A stretch of 23,268 nucleotides of DNA from an uncultured Myxococcales bacterium (lineage in GTDB: Bacteria > Myxococcota > UBA4151): positions 1-23,268 of the forward strand of contig CAXGWI010000047.1 of the NCBI GenBank assembly GCA_964013405.1. The letters are read 5' to 3'. Of the stretch, positions 9,290 to 18,299 are shown piece after piece. The notes beneath the pieces were generated by a model that made no database searches, was not told where the DNA came from, and was given only the letters and a program-made list of their open reading frames with translations. The translations under genes were made by a program, and so were the position numbers. Each line of letters opens with the position of its first letter. The first letter of the stretch is position 1.

Positions 9290-10033
9290 TCAGGGCCTCA
9301 AGGGCTTATTCTCCACGGGCCGACCACCAACCATCACGATGTCCTCCGCCGGAACGGTGATCGGTTCGCCCTCGTCCCCTTGGGCCATGGTCATTTCGTC
9401 GTAGGCTGCCATCCAGGCCAATTGGACCACAGGCCCCGCGACCAGCAGACCAACGCAGCAAGCAAGGAGGCCGAGAACGGTGATACCGAAACTGAGGATG
9501 GACAGGCCAAGCAACTGCCAGAAGTAGGGTCTGGTCAGGGCGTAGGCCCGCTTCATGCAGTCGATTGGCGGGTCATCCGACTCCATGGCGACAAGGAACG
9601 AGGGATAGAGGGCAATGGCCAGATAGATGCCCGGAAAGATGCAGAGCACAATGCCGAAGAAGACGACGAAGCCGTAGACGAGATAGACGATCAGCAGTTT
9701 GCCGAAGCGTTCGAAGCCGGCGAAGACATCGCCGATATCGACGCTGTCATCGCCTCTGAGGATGCGAAGCATGGCGAGATCATAGCCACCGCGAACGGGC
9801 CCAGCGATGATCATGACTGCGATTCCGAAGAGCGCACCACCAGCGATGAGGGCGATGCCAAACCAGCCGAGTTCTTGGGCTCCTTCGAAGTCGAAGCCGC
9901 TGCCGCTGCCGTTGCCACCGATCATGGCGTAAATGATCCAGGCAGCGATGCAGATCCCGGGCTTGCGGCGGAAAGCCGCATAGCCACGCTTGATCAATGC
10001 GATGGGGTCAAGTCGAGCGTGTTGGCTGGCCAT
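9290..10033 (-). CDS. Integral membrane protein (DUF975-like)
   Basis: ATG at 10033 with GGAGAG upstream. Several TM helices; motifs IGDVFAGF, LCIFPGIYLAI, LLACCVGLLV. Confidence 0.75.
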   Translation of the reverse strand: MASQHARLDPIALIKRGYAAFRRKPGICIAAWIIYAMIGGNGSGSGFDFEGAQELGWFGIALIAGGALFGIAVMIIAGPVRGGYDLAMLRILRGDDSVDIGDVFAGFERFGKLLIVYLVYGFVVFFGIVLCIFPGIYLAIALYPSFLVAMESDDPPIDCMKRAYALTRPYFWQLLGLSILSFGITVLGLLACCVGLLVAGPVVQLAWMAAYDEMTMAQGDEGEPITVPAEDIVMVGGRPVENKPLRP

Positions 10034-10112
10034 CGTCTCTCCCGGTTCGGGGCCCGGCCATGATAGACCCCGAGAAAGAATCAGGCTAGGTGCCACCACG
10101 GAGCAGAAACCG

Positions 10113-12857
10113 GTGCACCCAGAGCGAACGAAGAAGACACTCTATCTGGTCGATGGCTCTGGCTACATCTTTCGGGGTTATTACGCGATTCGCCCCATGA
10201 ATGCGCCCGACGGCACGCCCGTGAATGCGGTCTTCGGCTTTACCGCCATGCTGCTGTCCCTGCTGCGGGACCATGGCCCCGAGCACCTTGTGGTCGCTTT
10301 CGATTCGAAGGAGCGAGGGCTGCGTCGGGAGGTTTATCCACAGTATAAGGCGAATCGGCCGCCGCCCCCAGAAGACCTCATTCCCCAGTTTCCCCTGTTT
10401 CGGGAGGTGGTGGAGGCCTTTGGTATCGCCCAATTGGATGCGGGGGGCTGGGAGGCTGACGACCTGCTTGCTGCCGGGGCCGTCAAAGGCCTCGATGCGG
10501 GCTACGATATTGTCATCATCACGGCTGACAAAGACCTGATGCAGCTCATCCGTCCAGGGGTCCGACTCTTCGACCCCATGAAATCCAAATGGATGGGCGA
10601 GCCTGAGGTCTTGGATAAGTTTGGCGTCAGTCCAGATCGGGTCGTGGATGTTCAGTCCCTGGCTGGCGACTCCGTCGACAATGTGCCTGGGGTGCCGGGC
10701 ATCGGGGTCAAGACAGCCGCGGAACTCATCAACACCTATGGGGACTTAGAAGCTGTGCTGCAGGCTGCCGTCGCCACTGACGACAATGGCAAGCCCTTGA
10801 TTCGGCAGAACAAACGGCGGGAGCGCTTGGTGGAGCATGCCGAAGCTGCGCGGGTCAGTCGTCGTTTGGTTCAACTCTATGAGGAAGCACCGTTCCCTCT
10901 CGAGGATGACGATTGGCGCTGGGATGGCTTGGAATTGAGCGACACCATGGCCCTTTTTGATCGCTTCGGCTTTCGGCGCCTGCGGAAGCATCCGGTCGTT
11001 GAGGGGCTGCGCCGTCAGCAGAGTCAACTGGCTCAAGCCGAAAGTCAGTTGGACCGGAGCAAGTATCGCCTCATCACGGAAGCGAAAGCGCTCTTGCAAG
11101 TCTGTGACGCGATCCGCACTGCCGGTGCCTTTGCTTGGGATACCGAGACCACGGGGCTCGATCATGAGCAGGCCGAATTGGTGGGGATCTCCCTGGCTTG
11201 GGGACCCGGCGAAGCCGTCTACATACCGGTGGGCCATCGAGACCAGGCTGGCGATTTGGTGGCCGGGCAGTTGCCGATTCCTCAGGTCAGGGCCTTGGTG
11301 AGCCGTTTGCTCAGCGATGACCGTTTGCAGCGCTTCGCCCAGAACTGGAAGTTCGATGCCCGGGTGCTGGGTCGCTACGGCTTTCAGGTCGCCGGTCCCA
11401 CCGGCGACCCGATGATCGCCTCCTATCTTCTCGATCCGGTTCGGGGCTCCTACAAGCTCGATGACTTGGCCCAACGCCTGCTGCAACATCACATGATCGC
11501 CTATGCGGATGTGGCTGAAGGCCTTCACCATTTCGGCTACGTGCCGCTGGAGAAGGCCGTGACGTATGCGGCTGAAGATGCGGATGCCACCCTACGTCTG
11601 GCCTTCAAACTCAGGGCTCAGTTGGAGGAGGCTGACCTCCTTTCACTCTATGATGATGTGGAGCTGCCTCTGGCACCGGTGCTCGCTCGCATGGAGGACC
11701 GGGGCATTCTCATCGATGAAGCCGTCCTCGCCCGTTTGTCGGAGGAGCTCAGCCAACGGATCGAGGCCAGCCAAGCTCGGTGTCATGAACTGGCCGGCGA
11801 GTCATTTAACCTGGGCAGTCCGAAACAGCTGGGTGTGATTCTGTTTGAGAAGATGGGCCTGCCTCCGTCGAAAAAGACGAAGACCGGGTATTCGACCGAC
11901 GTGACGGTCCTAGAGAAGCTGAGTCTGCAGGGGCACGAGATCGCCCAAAGCCTGCTGGCCTGGCGGCACGACAGTAAACTGCGCAGCACCTACACGGATG
12001 TGTTGCCGACGCTCGCTTGGGAAGATGGGCGGATCCACACGAACTTCCGCCAGACCCGGGCTGCCACCGGGCGCCTCGCAAGCAACGAGCCTAACCTGCA
12101 AAATATCCCGATTCGAACCGAAGACGGGCGTCGGATCCGCACCGCCTTCGTCGCAGCACCAGGGCACCGGCTGATCAGCGCCGACTACAGTCAGGTTGAA
12201 CTACGCCTTCTGGCCCACTTAAGTCAGGACCCGATCCTCCTGGAGAGCTTCCAGGCCGGCGAGGATATTCACCGGCGGACGGCCAGCGAGATTTTCGATG
12301 TGCCTCCTTTGATGGTGAGCGCCGACCAGCGGCGCGCGGCCAAAGCCATCAACTTCGGCATCGTCTACGGGATGGGGCAACTCCGGCTGGCCCGGGAGTT
12401 GGACATTCCTCGGGCCGATGCAAAAGCCTACTTGGAGCGCTTCAAGGGGCGCTATGAGGGCATCACCGCCTGGCAAGATGCGGTGCTCAAGTCGGCCCAT
12501 GAAAACGGTTATGTGACCACCCTGCTGGGTCGACGGCGGCCCATTCCTGAGTTACGGAGTCCGTCGGCTCGTGATGTGGCCCAGGGAGAGCGTATTGCGA
12601 CCAACACACCGGTGCAGGGCTCGGCCGCCGATCTCCTCAAACTGGCCATGATTCGGATCGATGCCCAGTTAGCCGAGGCTTTTCCCGAGGCTCGCTTGCT
12701 GCTCACGGTCCACGATGAGTTGGTTCTTGAGGTGCCGGGGGATCAGGTGAAAGCGGTCTCGGAGTTGACCCGATCCTGCATGGAGCAGGTCTATCCGGTG
12801 GCCGTACCGCTCCTGGTCGACTTAGGGGTCGGCAGCCATTGGGGGGAGGCTCACTGA
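10113..12857 (+). CDS. polA: DNA polymerase I with 5'-3' exonuclease and apparently intact 3'-5' exonuclease
   Basis: LVDGSGYIFRGYYA, YKANR, EADD, DNVPGVPGIG; ExoI DTETTGL, ExoII NWKFD, ExoIII YAAEDAD; TGRLAS..PNLQNIP, ADYSQVELR, AKAINFGIVYG, VHDEL. GTG start at 10113 with GGAG upstream. Confidence 0.97.
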   Translation: MHPERTKKTLYLVDGSGYIFRGYYAIRPMNAPDGTPVNAVFGFTAMLLSLLRDHGPEHLVVAFDSKERGLRREVYPQYKANRPPPPEDLIPQFPLFREVVEAFGIAQLDAGGWEADDLLAAGAVKGLDAGYDIVIITADKDLMQLIRPGVRLFDPMKSKWMGEPEVLDKFGVSPDRVVDVQSLAGDSVDNVPGVPGIGVKTAAELINTYGDLEAVLQAAVATDDNGKPLIRQNKRRERLVEHAEAARVSRRLVQLYEEAPFPLEDDDWRWDGLELSDTMALFDRFGFRRLRKHPVVEGLRRQQSQLAQAESQLDRSKYRLITEAKALLQVCDAIRTAGAFAWDTETTGLDHEQAELVGISLAWGPGEAVYIPVGHRDQAGDLVAGQLPIPQVRALVSRLLSDDRLQRFAQNWKFDARVLGRYGFQVAGPTGDPMIASYLLDPVRGSYKLDDLAQRLLQHHMIAYADVAEGLHHFGYVPLEKAVTYAAEDADATLRLAFKLRAQLEEADLLSLYDDVELPLAPVLARMEDRGILIDEAVLARLSEELSQRIEASQARCHELAGESFNLGSPKQLGVILFEKMGLPPSKKTKTGYSTDVTVLEKLSLQGHEIAQSLLAWRHDSKLRSTYTDVLPTLAWEDGRIHTNFRQTRAATGRLASNEPNLQNIPIRTEDGRRIRTAFVAAPGHRLISADYSQVELRLLAHLSQDPILLESFQAGEDIHRRTASEIFDVPPLMVSADQRRAAKAINFGIVYGMGQLRLARELDIPRADAKAYLERFKGRYEGITAWQDAVLKSAHENGYVTTLLGRRRPIPELRSPSARDVAQGERIATNTPVQGSAADLLKLAMIRIDAQLAEAFPEARLLLTVHDELVLEVPGDQVKAVSELTRSCMEQVYPVAVPLLVDLGVGSHWGEAH

Positions 12858-13441
12858 TGCGCCCGATCGATTTCTTTCGAGAGTTCCTCAGGGATCCGGG
12901 CCAAACCGGGGCTGTCATGCCCTCCGGACCAGGGCTATGTCGCCTGTTGGCTAAGACCGCCGGTGTGCCCAAGGCCGACGTGGTCGTCGAGTTTGGCACC
13001 GGGACAGGGGTGGTGACCCAAGAAATTCTGCGCCAGATGCCGTCGACGGGTCGTTTGATTGGCCTGGAGATCAACGAGGACCTCGCCCGAGCCACCCAGG
13101 CCCTTTGCCCCGATGCCGAGGTCCTTAACGAGAACGCTGCGAAGGCCTTGGAACTGCTACAGGCCCGGGGGCTAGATGGCTGTGATTGTATCGTGAGCGG
13201 TCTTCCCTGGGCAGCCTTTCCAGAGGTTCTGCAGGACGAGCTCCTAGACGGCGCCGTGGCTGCTCTGCGACCGGGGGGGCGGTTTGTGACCTTCGCCTAC
13301 CTTCATGCCTTGCCGACGCCCGCAGCTCGCCGGTTTAAGGCGAAGTTAGGGCAGCGTTTTGGTGCCATCGGGAAAACGGAGGCGGTTTGGGCTAATGTGC
13401 CCCCAGCCTTGGTCTACTGGGCAGATAAGGACGAAGGCTAG
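12857..13441 (+). CDS. Class I SAM-dependent methyltransferase, phospholipid N-methyltransferase (PmtA)-like
   Basis: FLRDPGQTGAVMPS, VVEFGTGTGVVT, IVSGLPW, GRFVTFAY, WANVPPALVY; ATG overlaps the polA stop (TGATG). Confidence 0.8.
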   Translation: MRPIDFFREFLRDPGQTGAVMPSGPGLCRLLAKTAGVPKADVVVEFGTGTGVVTQEILRQMPSTGRLIGLEINEDLARATQALCPDAEVLNENAAKALELLQARGLDGCDCIVSGLPWAAFPEVLQDELLDGAVAALRPGGRFVTFAYLHALPTPAARRFKAKLGQRFGAIGKTEAVWANVPPALVYWADKDEG

Positions 13442-13452
13442 AACGGAACCCC

Positions 13453-15039
13453 ATGCGCCTGTGCCTCGGCTTACTCTGTCTGTTCAGCTTGGCCTGCCCA
13501 GAGCCCAGTGCGCCACCGGACGGAGGCCTGCCCGCTCACGAGGCGGGAGCACCGGATGCCGGCGTCGCACTGGATGCGGGTCCCCAGGATCGTGGAGTCC
13601 TTCCCGTCGATGGGGGCCCCCCGCCGGATGCGGGACCCATTCGAGAGCCCCAATTCCCCCCGTCTCTAGATCTGCTTTGGTCGCAGCGCGGGCAGCATGG
13701 AGCCCTGTCGTCGTTGAGGAATCATGACCTCGACGGGGACGGAGTCCAGGACTTGGTGCTCGGCAGCGGGCATGAGATGGCAAATGCCGGTCACATCACG
13801 GCTCTCAATGGTCGAGATGGGACGGTGCTCTATGCGACCGAAACCACCCAAGATATCTTCGGCTCCGCGCTCATCGCTGACCTCGGCCCCCGACCGGGCC
13901 TGGAGTTGGTGATCGGTGGTCGTGACGCCGAGTTGCATGCGCTCGACGCCCAGACTGGCGAGCGTTTGTGGCAATTTGAGCCCTTCGGCAGTGATGGCCG
14001 AGCCGCGGACTGGTTCAACTGGCTTGCCCTTTATCCCATCGGTGACTTGGACGGTGATGGCTGGCAAGAATTGCTGACGGCCAATGGGGGTGACCGGACA
14101 CGGGAAGAGTTTGAGGCCCGAGATCCGGGGCAGATCGTCGTCCTCTCGAGTGGGGACAGCAGCGTGTTGCTCCGAGCGCTCACACCCGATCGGGCCGAGA
14201 CGTATATGAGTCCGATTCTCTATGAGGATCAGGGGCGCCAAATGTTGCTCTTCGGCACGGGGGGTGAGACCCACCGGGGGTCGTTGTGGCGGATTCCCCT
14301 CGACGTTCTTTTAGCCACCGAGTCGCTCGAATCGGCCGAAGAGCTTGTGGCGCCGACAACCCACAAGGGCGTGATCGCCCCGCCGAGTCTCGTCGATCTG
14401 ACCGGCGATGGTCGCCTGGACATCGTGGTCGCCCCATTTGATGGGCGCTTGTTGGCCCTGGACGGCCCGAGTGGGGAGGTCCTGTGGTCCCATCAACTGG
14501 AGAACTGTGAGACCCAGGTGACGCCTGCCATCGGTTTCTTCGATGAGGATGACGTTCCCGATGTGTTTGCTGGTTTCAGTGTGGGGACTTGGCCCCGCTG
14601 GGGCGATGGTCGAGTCCTTGCGGTGAGCGGTGCCGATGGACGGGTTCTCTATGAGGAGCGATTCGATGAACATTGGGGGGTCGCTTCGCCCTTGGCTGTC
14701 GATCTCGATGGCGATGGCCGCCATGAGGTGCTCTTCCAGGTGAACCACATCGTGACGGGACAACTGACCCGCATCATGGGCTCCATCCACAGCGTGGTGG
14801 ACTTCCCCGAAGCCGAACGACACGAGTTGTTGCGGGTCGACGGGGTCAGCTATGGCACAGCCCGTGTCGCCGATCTCGACGGTGACGGCTGGCTCGAGTT
14901 TGCTTTCTCCCATGCTCTGAGCGGTCGATGGACGGTGGAGGCCCGCAGCCTCGATGCCCGGGTGCCCTCCCTACCTGGTTGGGATGAGTACATGGGCCCA
15001 GGAGGGCGGGGGATCTTTTGGCCGGAGCAGGTCCCATGA
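13453..15039 (+). CDS. Lipoprotein with FG-GAP/PQQ-like beta-propeller (paralog 1)
   Basis: Lipobox FSLA-C15; DGG/DAG Pro-rich linker; repeated DLDGDG.. Ca-binding loops; ALDAQTGERLW blades. Confidence 0.85.
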   Translation: MRLCLGLLCLFSLACPEPSAPPDGGLPAHEAGAPDAGVALDAGPQDRGVLPVDGGPPPDAGPIREPQFPPSLDLLWSQRGQHGALSSLRNHDLDGDGVQDLVLGSGHEMANAGHITALNGRDGTVLYATETTQDIFGSALIADLGPRPGLELVIGGRDAELHALDAQTGERLWQFEPFGSDGRAADWFNWLALYPIGDLDGDGWQELLTANGGDRTREEFEARDPGQIVVLSSGDSSVLLRALTPDRAETYMSPILYEDQGRQMLLFGTGGETHRGSLWRIPLDVLLATESLESAEELVAPTTHKGVIAPPSLVDLTGDGRLDIVVAPFDGRLLALDGPSGEVLWSHQLENCETQVTPAIGFFDEDDVPDVFAGFSVGTWPRWGDGRVLAVSGADGRVLYEERFDEHWGVASPLAVDLDGDGRHEVLFQVNHIVTGQLTRIMGSIHSVVDFPEAERHELLRVDGVSYGTARVADLDGDGWLEFAFSHALSGRWTVEARSLDARVPSLPGWDEYMGPGGRGIFWPEQVP

Positions 15040-16610
15040 GGGCCCCTGTGCTCTTCGCTCTTGGGCTGCTTTGCGCCTGCCCTGAAGGGCCCAGTGATCC
15101 CACACCAGCGGATGCGGGGGCGCCGACGGACAGCGGGATAGGGCCCTCGGAGGACGCAGGGGCGGGAATGGACGCCGCCGTGGCCCACGATGGCGGTCCG
15201 GCAGCCGATGCCGGCCCAGCCAGCGACGCTGGACCCGAGCCCGTCACCGGCCCTTGGGAGGTGAATCGCCGTCAGCCCATGGTCAGCTCGCCGCGGGCCT
15301 TCCATGTCAATGACGACGGTATTCTCGACGTGGTCATCGGTCGGGGGAGCGAGTTCGACGAAAACGGTGGCGTCGACGCCTTTTCCGGGGGCGATGGGCA
15401 GCTCCTTTGGTCCGTCGATGGCGACCAAGAGATGGTGGGAACAGCCAGTCCGGCGGAACTGGATGGCGACGAAGGTCAGGAGTTGGTGATCGGCGGGCGC
15501 AACGGGGAATTGCACGGGATCGATGTGGCCACGGGCGAGCGTTTGTGGCGCTGGTCCCCCTTCGGACAGGATGGCAAGGATGCGGGCTGGTACAATTTCT
15601 ACACCTGCCAGTCCTTGGGGGATCTCGATGGCGATCTGGTCGACGAACTCCTGTGCGCCAATGGTGGCGATTCGGCCATCGACCCTTTCCAAGCCAGACC
15701 CCCGGGGCATTTGACCGTCCTTTCGGGGGCCGATGGCAGTGTGTACCGCTCGGCTGTGATGCCCGACGGTGCGGAGACCTACATGAGCCCAGTGGTCTTT
15801 CGTCGGCGTGATGGGACACAGGTCGTTGTCTTTGGTAGCGGCGGCGAAACCCTGGCCGGCTCGCTGTGGTGGATTCCAATGACCGAGTTTTTGGAGGCGG
15901 GGCTTGCTGCGGCCGAAGAATTGATGGCCCCCGCAAACTTCCGGGGCGCCATCGCACCGCCCTCACTGGCCGATCTAAACGGGGATGGCACCTTGGACGT
16001 GATCGTTGCCTTTTTCGATGGGCAATTCGCAGCGTTTGATGGGGAGACGGGGGCTGAATTGTGGCGCTTCGACGAACTGGGCACTGAGACGCAGGCGTCG
16101 CCGGCCGTCTGTCACTTCAACGCCGATGGCGAGGCCGATGTGTTCGCCAGCTTTGCCCAAGGGGTCTTTCCCAACTGGCGAGGGACGGTGTTGAAGGCGG
16201 TGTCGGCCGATGGTCAGTTACTCCATCGGGAGATTCTTGAGGATTTGGTGATCATCGCCACCCCGCTGTGTGCAGATTTGGATGGCGATGGTCTCGACGA
16301 GGTCTTTTTGAGTGCGAACACGGGTCAAGACTTGGAAGCGGGCTTTGGCGGGCCCATGCCCCACTTCCTGCTCATCATGAATCCGGTCGATTGGTCGATC
16401 ACCACTTGGTTGGAACAGGAGGGGATGACCTTTTCGACACCCTTGATCGCTGACCTCGACGCAGACGGGCAGTTGGAGTTGATCAGCGCTCGCTATCAAC
16501 GGCGGGCCGGCTGGCGTTTAGCTCGGCGAGATTTGCAGGCTGTTGTGCCCGAGCGTTTGAGTTGGCCCGGCTATCTCGGGCCGCTGCTCAATGGTCGGGC
16601 TCATCCCTGA
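15036..16610 (+). CDS. Lipoprotein with FG-GAP/PQQ-like beta-propeller (paralog 2)
   Basis: ATGA overlap with paralog 1; lipobox LLCA-C15; colinear motifs ELVIGGR, ETYMSP, FGSGGET, IAPPSL, DLDGDG. Confidence 0.85.
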   Translation: MRAPVLFALGLLCACPEGPSDPTPADAGAPTDSGIGPSEDAGAGMDAAVAHDGGPAADAGPASDAGPEPVTGPWEVNRRQPMVSSPRAFHVNDDGILDVVIGRGSEFDENGGVDAFSGGDGQLLWSVDGDQEMVGTASPAELDGDEGQELVIGGRNGELHGIDVATGERLWRWSPFGQDGKDAGWYNFYTCQSLGDLDGDLVDELLCANGGDSAIDPFQARPPGHLTVLSGADGSVYRSAVMPDGAETYMSPVVFRRRDGTQVVVFGSGGETLAGSLWWIPMTEFLEAGLAAAEELMAPANFRGAIAPPSLADLNGDGTLDVIVAFFDGQFAAFDGETGAELWRFDELGTETQASPAVCHFNADGEADVFASFAQGVFPNWRGTVLKAVSADGQLLHREILEDLVIIATPLCADLDGDGLDEVFLSANTGQDLEAGFGGPMPHFLLIMNPVDWSITTWLEQEGMTFSTPLIADLDADGQLELISARYQRRAGWRLARRDLQAVVPERLSWPGYLGPLLNGRAHP

Positions 16611-17259
16611 ATTCGGCGTGCTCCACTTTGGGGCGCAAGCGCTCGAGGAGTCCGAGCAGCATCAGGATCAGCATGGCGTAGGTGAGCGGCGTTTCGGGGG
16701 TAAAGCCGCTGGTGTAGCCATAGTTGCCCGCACCCACGATCCAGGCTTCGAGGAAGTAATCCAAGAGCCCAATGGCTGCTGCTAGAAGCAGACTCAAACT
16801 CCGGATACGTTTGGAGGGCAGCTGCTCGTAGCCCCAAAAACCCAGGGGAACGGTCACCACCAGCATGGTGATATCGTCGCCACTTCCGATCCACCAGGCG
16901 TAGACGGCGACACCCAGCGCCAAAACGGCGCCTTGGGCGAGACGAAGTGAGGGCGACCAGGGGCTGTGGGCGAGCATGGCGTGAACGCCGGCAAAGAGAA
17001 CACCTGCACCGAAGAACATGAGCGGTAACTCGATGGGCACGTGACCAAAGAGAAAGTAGGCAGACTTCTCGTAGGTCCACAGTTTGTTGAAGGTGCCGAT
17101 GCTCTCCACAATGATGTCGAGGCCGCCGGCGAGACCGCCAATGATCAGCGCATTTCTCAGTAAAGTGTCTTTCTTCTTCAGCCAGGACCAGAGCAGGAGG
17201 GGGATGGCTCCACCCATCGCCACCAGGGCCAGCCAGGCGAGGTGTTCACCAGACATCAT
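16588..17259 (-). CDS. Polytopic membrane protein with two lycopene-cyclase-like (CrtYc/Yd-type) half-repeats
   Basis: About 7 TM segments; LDIIVESIGTFNKLWTY...GHVPIELPLMF echoed by LDYFLEAWIVGAGNYGY...TPETPLTY; AGGAG upstream. Confidence 0.6.
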   Translation of the reverse strand: MMSGEHLAWLALVAMGGAIPLLLWSWLKKKDTLLRNALIIGGLAGGLDIIVESIGTFNKLWTYEKSAYFLFGHVPIELPLMFFGAGVLFAGVHAMLAHSPWSPSLRLAQGAVLALGVAVYAWWIGSGDDITMLVVTVPLGFWGYEQLPSKRIRSLSLLLAAAIGLLDYFLEAWIVGAGNYGYTSGFTPETPLTYAMLILMLLGLLERLRPKVEHAEFRDEPDH

Positions 17260-17369
17260 GGGTCACGCTCCTAACTTCGGTGAAAGCCCCCCGACTTGGG
17301 GACATGCTCGTCTCGACATTGACGTGCTCTCTAGGTCATAGGCAAGGCCTGAACGACAAGGAGTAGGGG

Positions 17370-18254
17370 ATGCGACGAGCACTTGGTCAAACGGGTATCA
17401 TGGTGAGTCCCATTGGATTGGGTGGCATGCCCATGAGCATCGTGGGTCGGCCCGACTCGGCCCAGTCCCATGGGGTGATTCATGCCGCCATCGAGGGGGG
17501 CATGGACTTCATCGACACAGCCGATGTCTATTGCATGAATCACGAGGACATCGGGCACAACGAGCGCTTGATCGCCGAGGCCCTGGCAGCCCATCCTCGG
17601 GGGGCCGAGGTGGTGGTGGCCACGAAGGGGGGGCTGGAGCGACCCAACGGGCAGTGGACCCGCAATGGACACCCGGACCATCTTCAGAGCGCCTGTGAAG
17701 CGAGCCTTCAGGCCCTGGGCACCGAGTGCATCACCCTCTATCAGCTCCATGCCCCGGACCCAGAGGTGCCCTTCGCCGAGAGTGTGGGGGCGCTGCAGCG
17801 TCTGCAGGAAGCGGGCAAGATCGCCCATGTGGGACTGAGCAACGTGCGTGTGGAACAGATCCAGGAAGCCCAGAGCATCGTTGAGGTCGTCAGTGTGCAG
17901 AACCGCTGCAACATCATCGACCGTTCCGCCTTCTCAGAGGGGGTCGTGGCCTATTGTGAGGCGCAGCAAATCGCATTTTTGCCCTACTGTCCGGTGGGCG
18001 GACGGGGGCAGAAAGAGGCCCTCGGAAGTCACCCGCTCCTCACTGAAATCGCCAGTCGCTTTGGGGCCAGTCCCCAGCAGGTCGCCCTTGCGTGGTTGCT
18101 CCAGCAGAGCCCCGTGATCATTCCGATCCCGGGGGCAAGTAAGGCTGCCAATGCGAGCAGCAGCGCCCAGGCCCAGGCCCTCGCTCTGGGCTTAGGTGAG
18201 TTGATCGAGTTGAATCAGGCTTTTCCCACCGAGGCTAGCGATACGGGGAGATGA
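17370..18254 (+). CDS. Aldo/keto reductase
   Basis: IGLGGMPMS, catalytic D/Y (FIDTADVY), K (ATKGG), H (LYQLH), VGLSNV, QVALAWLL, IPIPG; RBS AAGGAG. Confidence 0.93.
   Translation: MRRALGQTGIMVSPIGLGGMPMSIVGRPDSAQSHGVIHAAIEGGMDFIDTADVYCMNHEDIGHNERLIAEALAAHPRGAEVVVATKGGLERPNGQWTRNGHPDHLQSACEASLQALGTECITLYQLHAPDPEVPFAESVGALQRLQEAGKIAHVGLSNVRVEQIQEAQSIVEVVSVQNRCNIIDRSAFSEGVVAYCEAQQIAFLPYCPVGGRGQKEALGSHPLLTEIASRFGASPQQVALAWLLQQSPVIIPIPGASKAANASSSAQAQALALGLGELIELNQAFPTEASDTGR
18118..18134 (+). repeat. 17-bp exact direct repeat, copy A (TCATTCCGATCCCGGGG)
   Basis: Identical to 19272-19288. Confidence 0.9.
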
Positions 18255-18255
18255 C
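18198..18255 (+). repeat. ~58-bp degenerate direct repeat, left copy
   Basis: GAGTTGATCGAGTTGAATCAGGCTTTTCCCACCGAGGCTAGCGATACGGGGAGATGAC vs 19288-19344: 5 substitutions and 1 gap by manual alignment. Confidence 0.92.
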
Positions 18256-18299
18256 CGCTGAAAATGGGGGGTAGGTCGCCGTTTCTTTAAAGCGACGAG

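Noticed and set aside
9990..10112. N-terminal extensions given by the ORF track for polA (also kinase 1885-2160, miaB 3701-3805, tkt 6224-6319)
   Set aside because: They precede the conserved N-termini, and several overlap neighbouring genes or a terminator; downstream starts fit better.
16591..17282. Faint similarity between 16591-16620 and 17258-17282 flanking the membrane-protein gene (a second junction duplication?)
   Set aside because: Only about 19 matches and needs two gaps; not distinguishable from chance without a statistical test.
17319..17345. TTGACG..GTCA as a MerR-type operator upstream of the AKR gene
   Set aside because: Only a 4-bp dyad, no good -10, and no regulator nearby.
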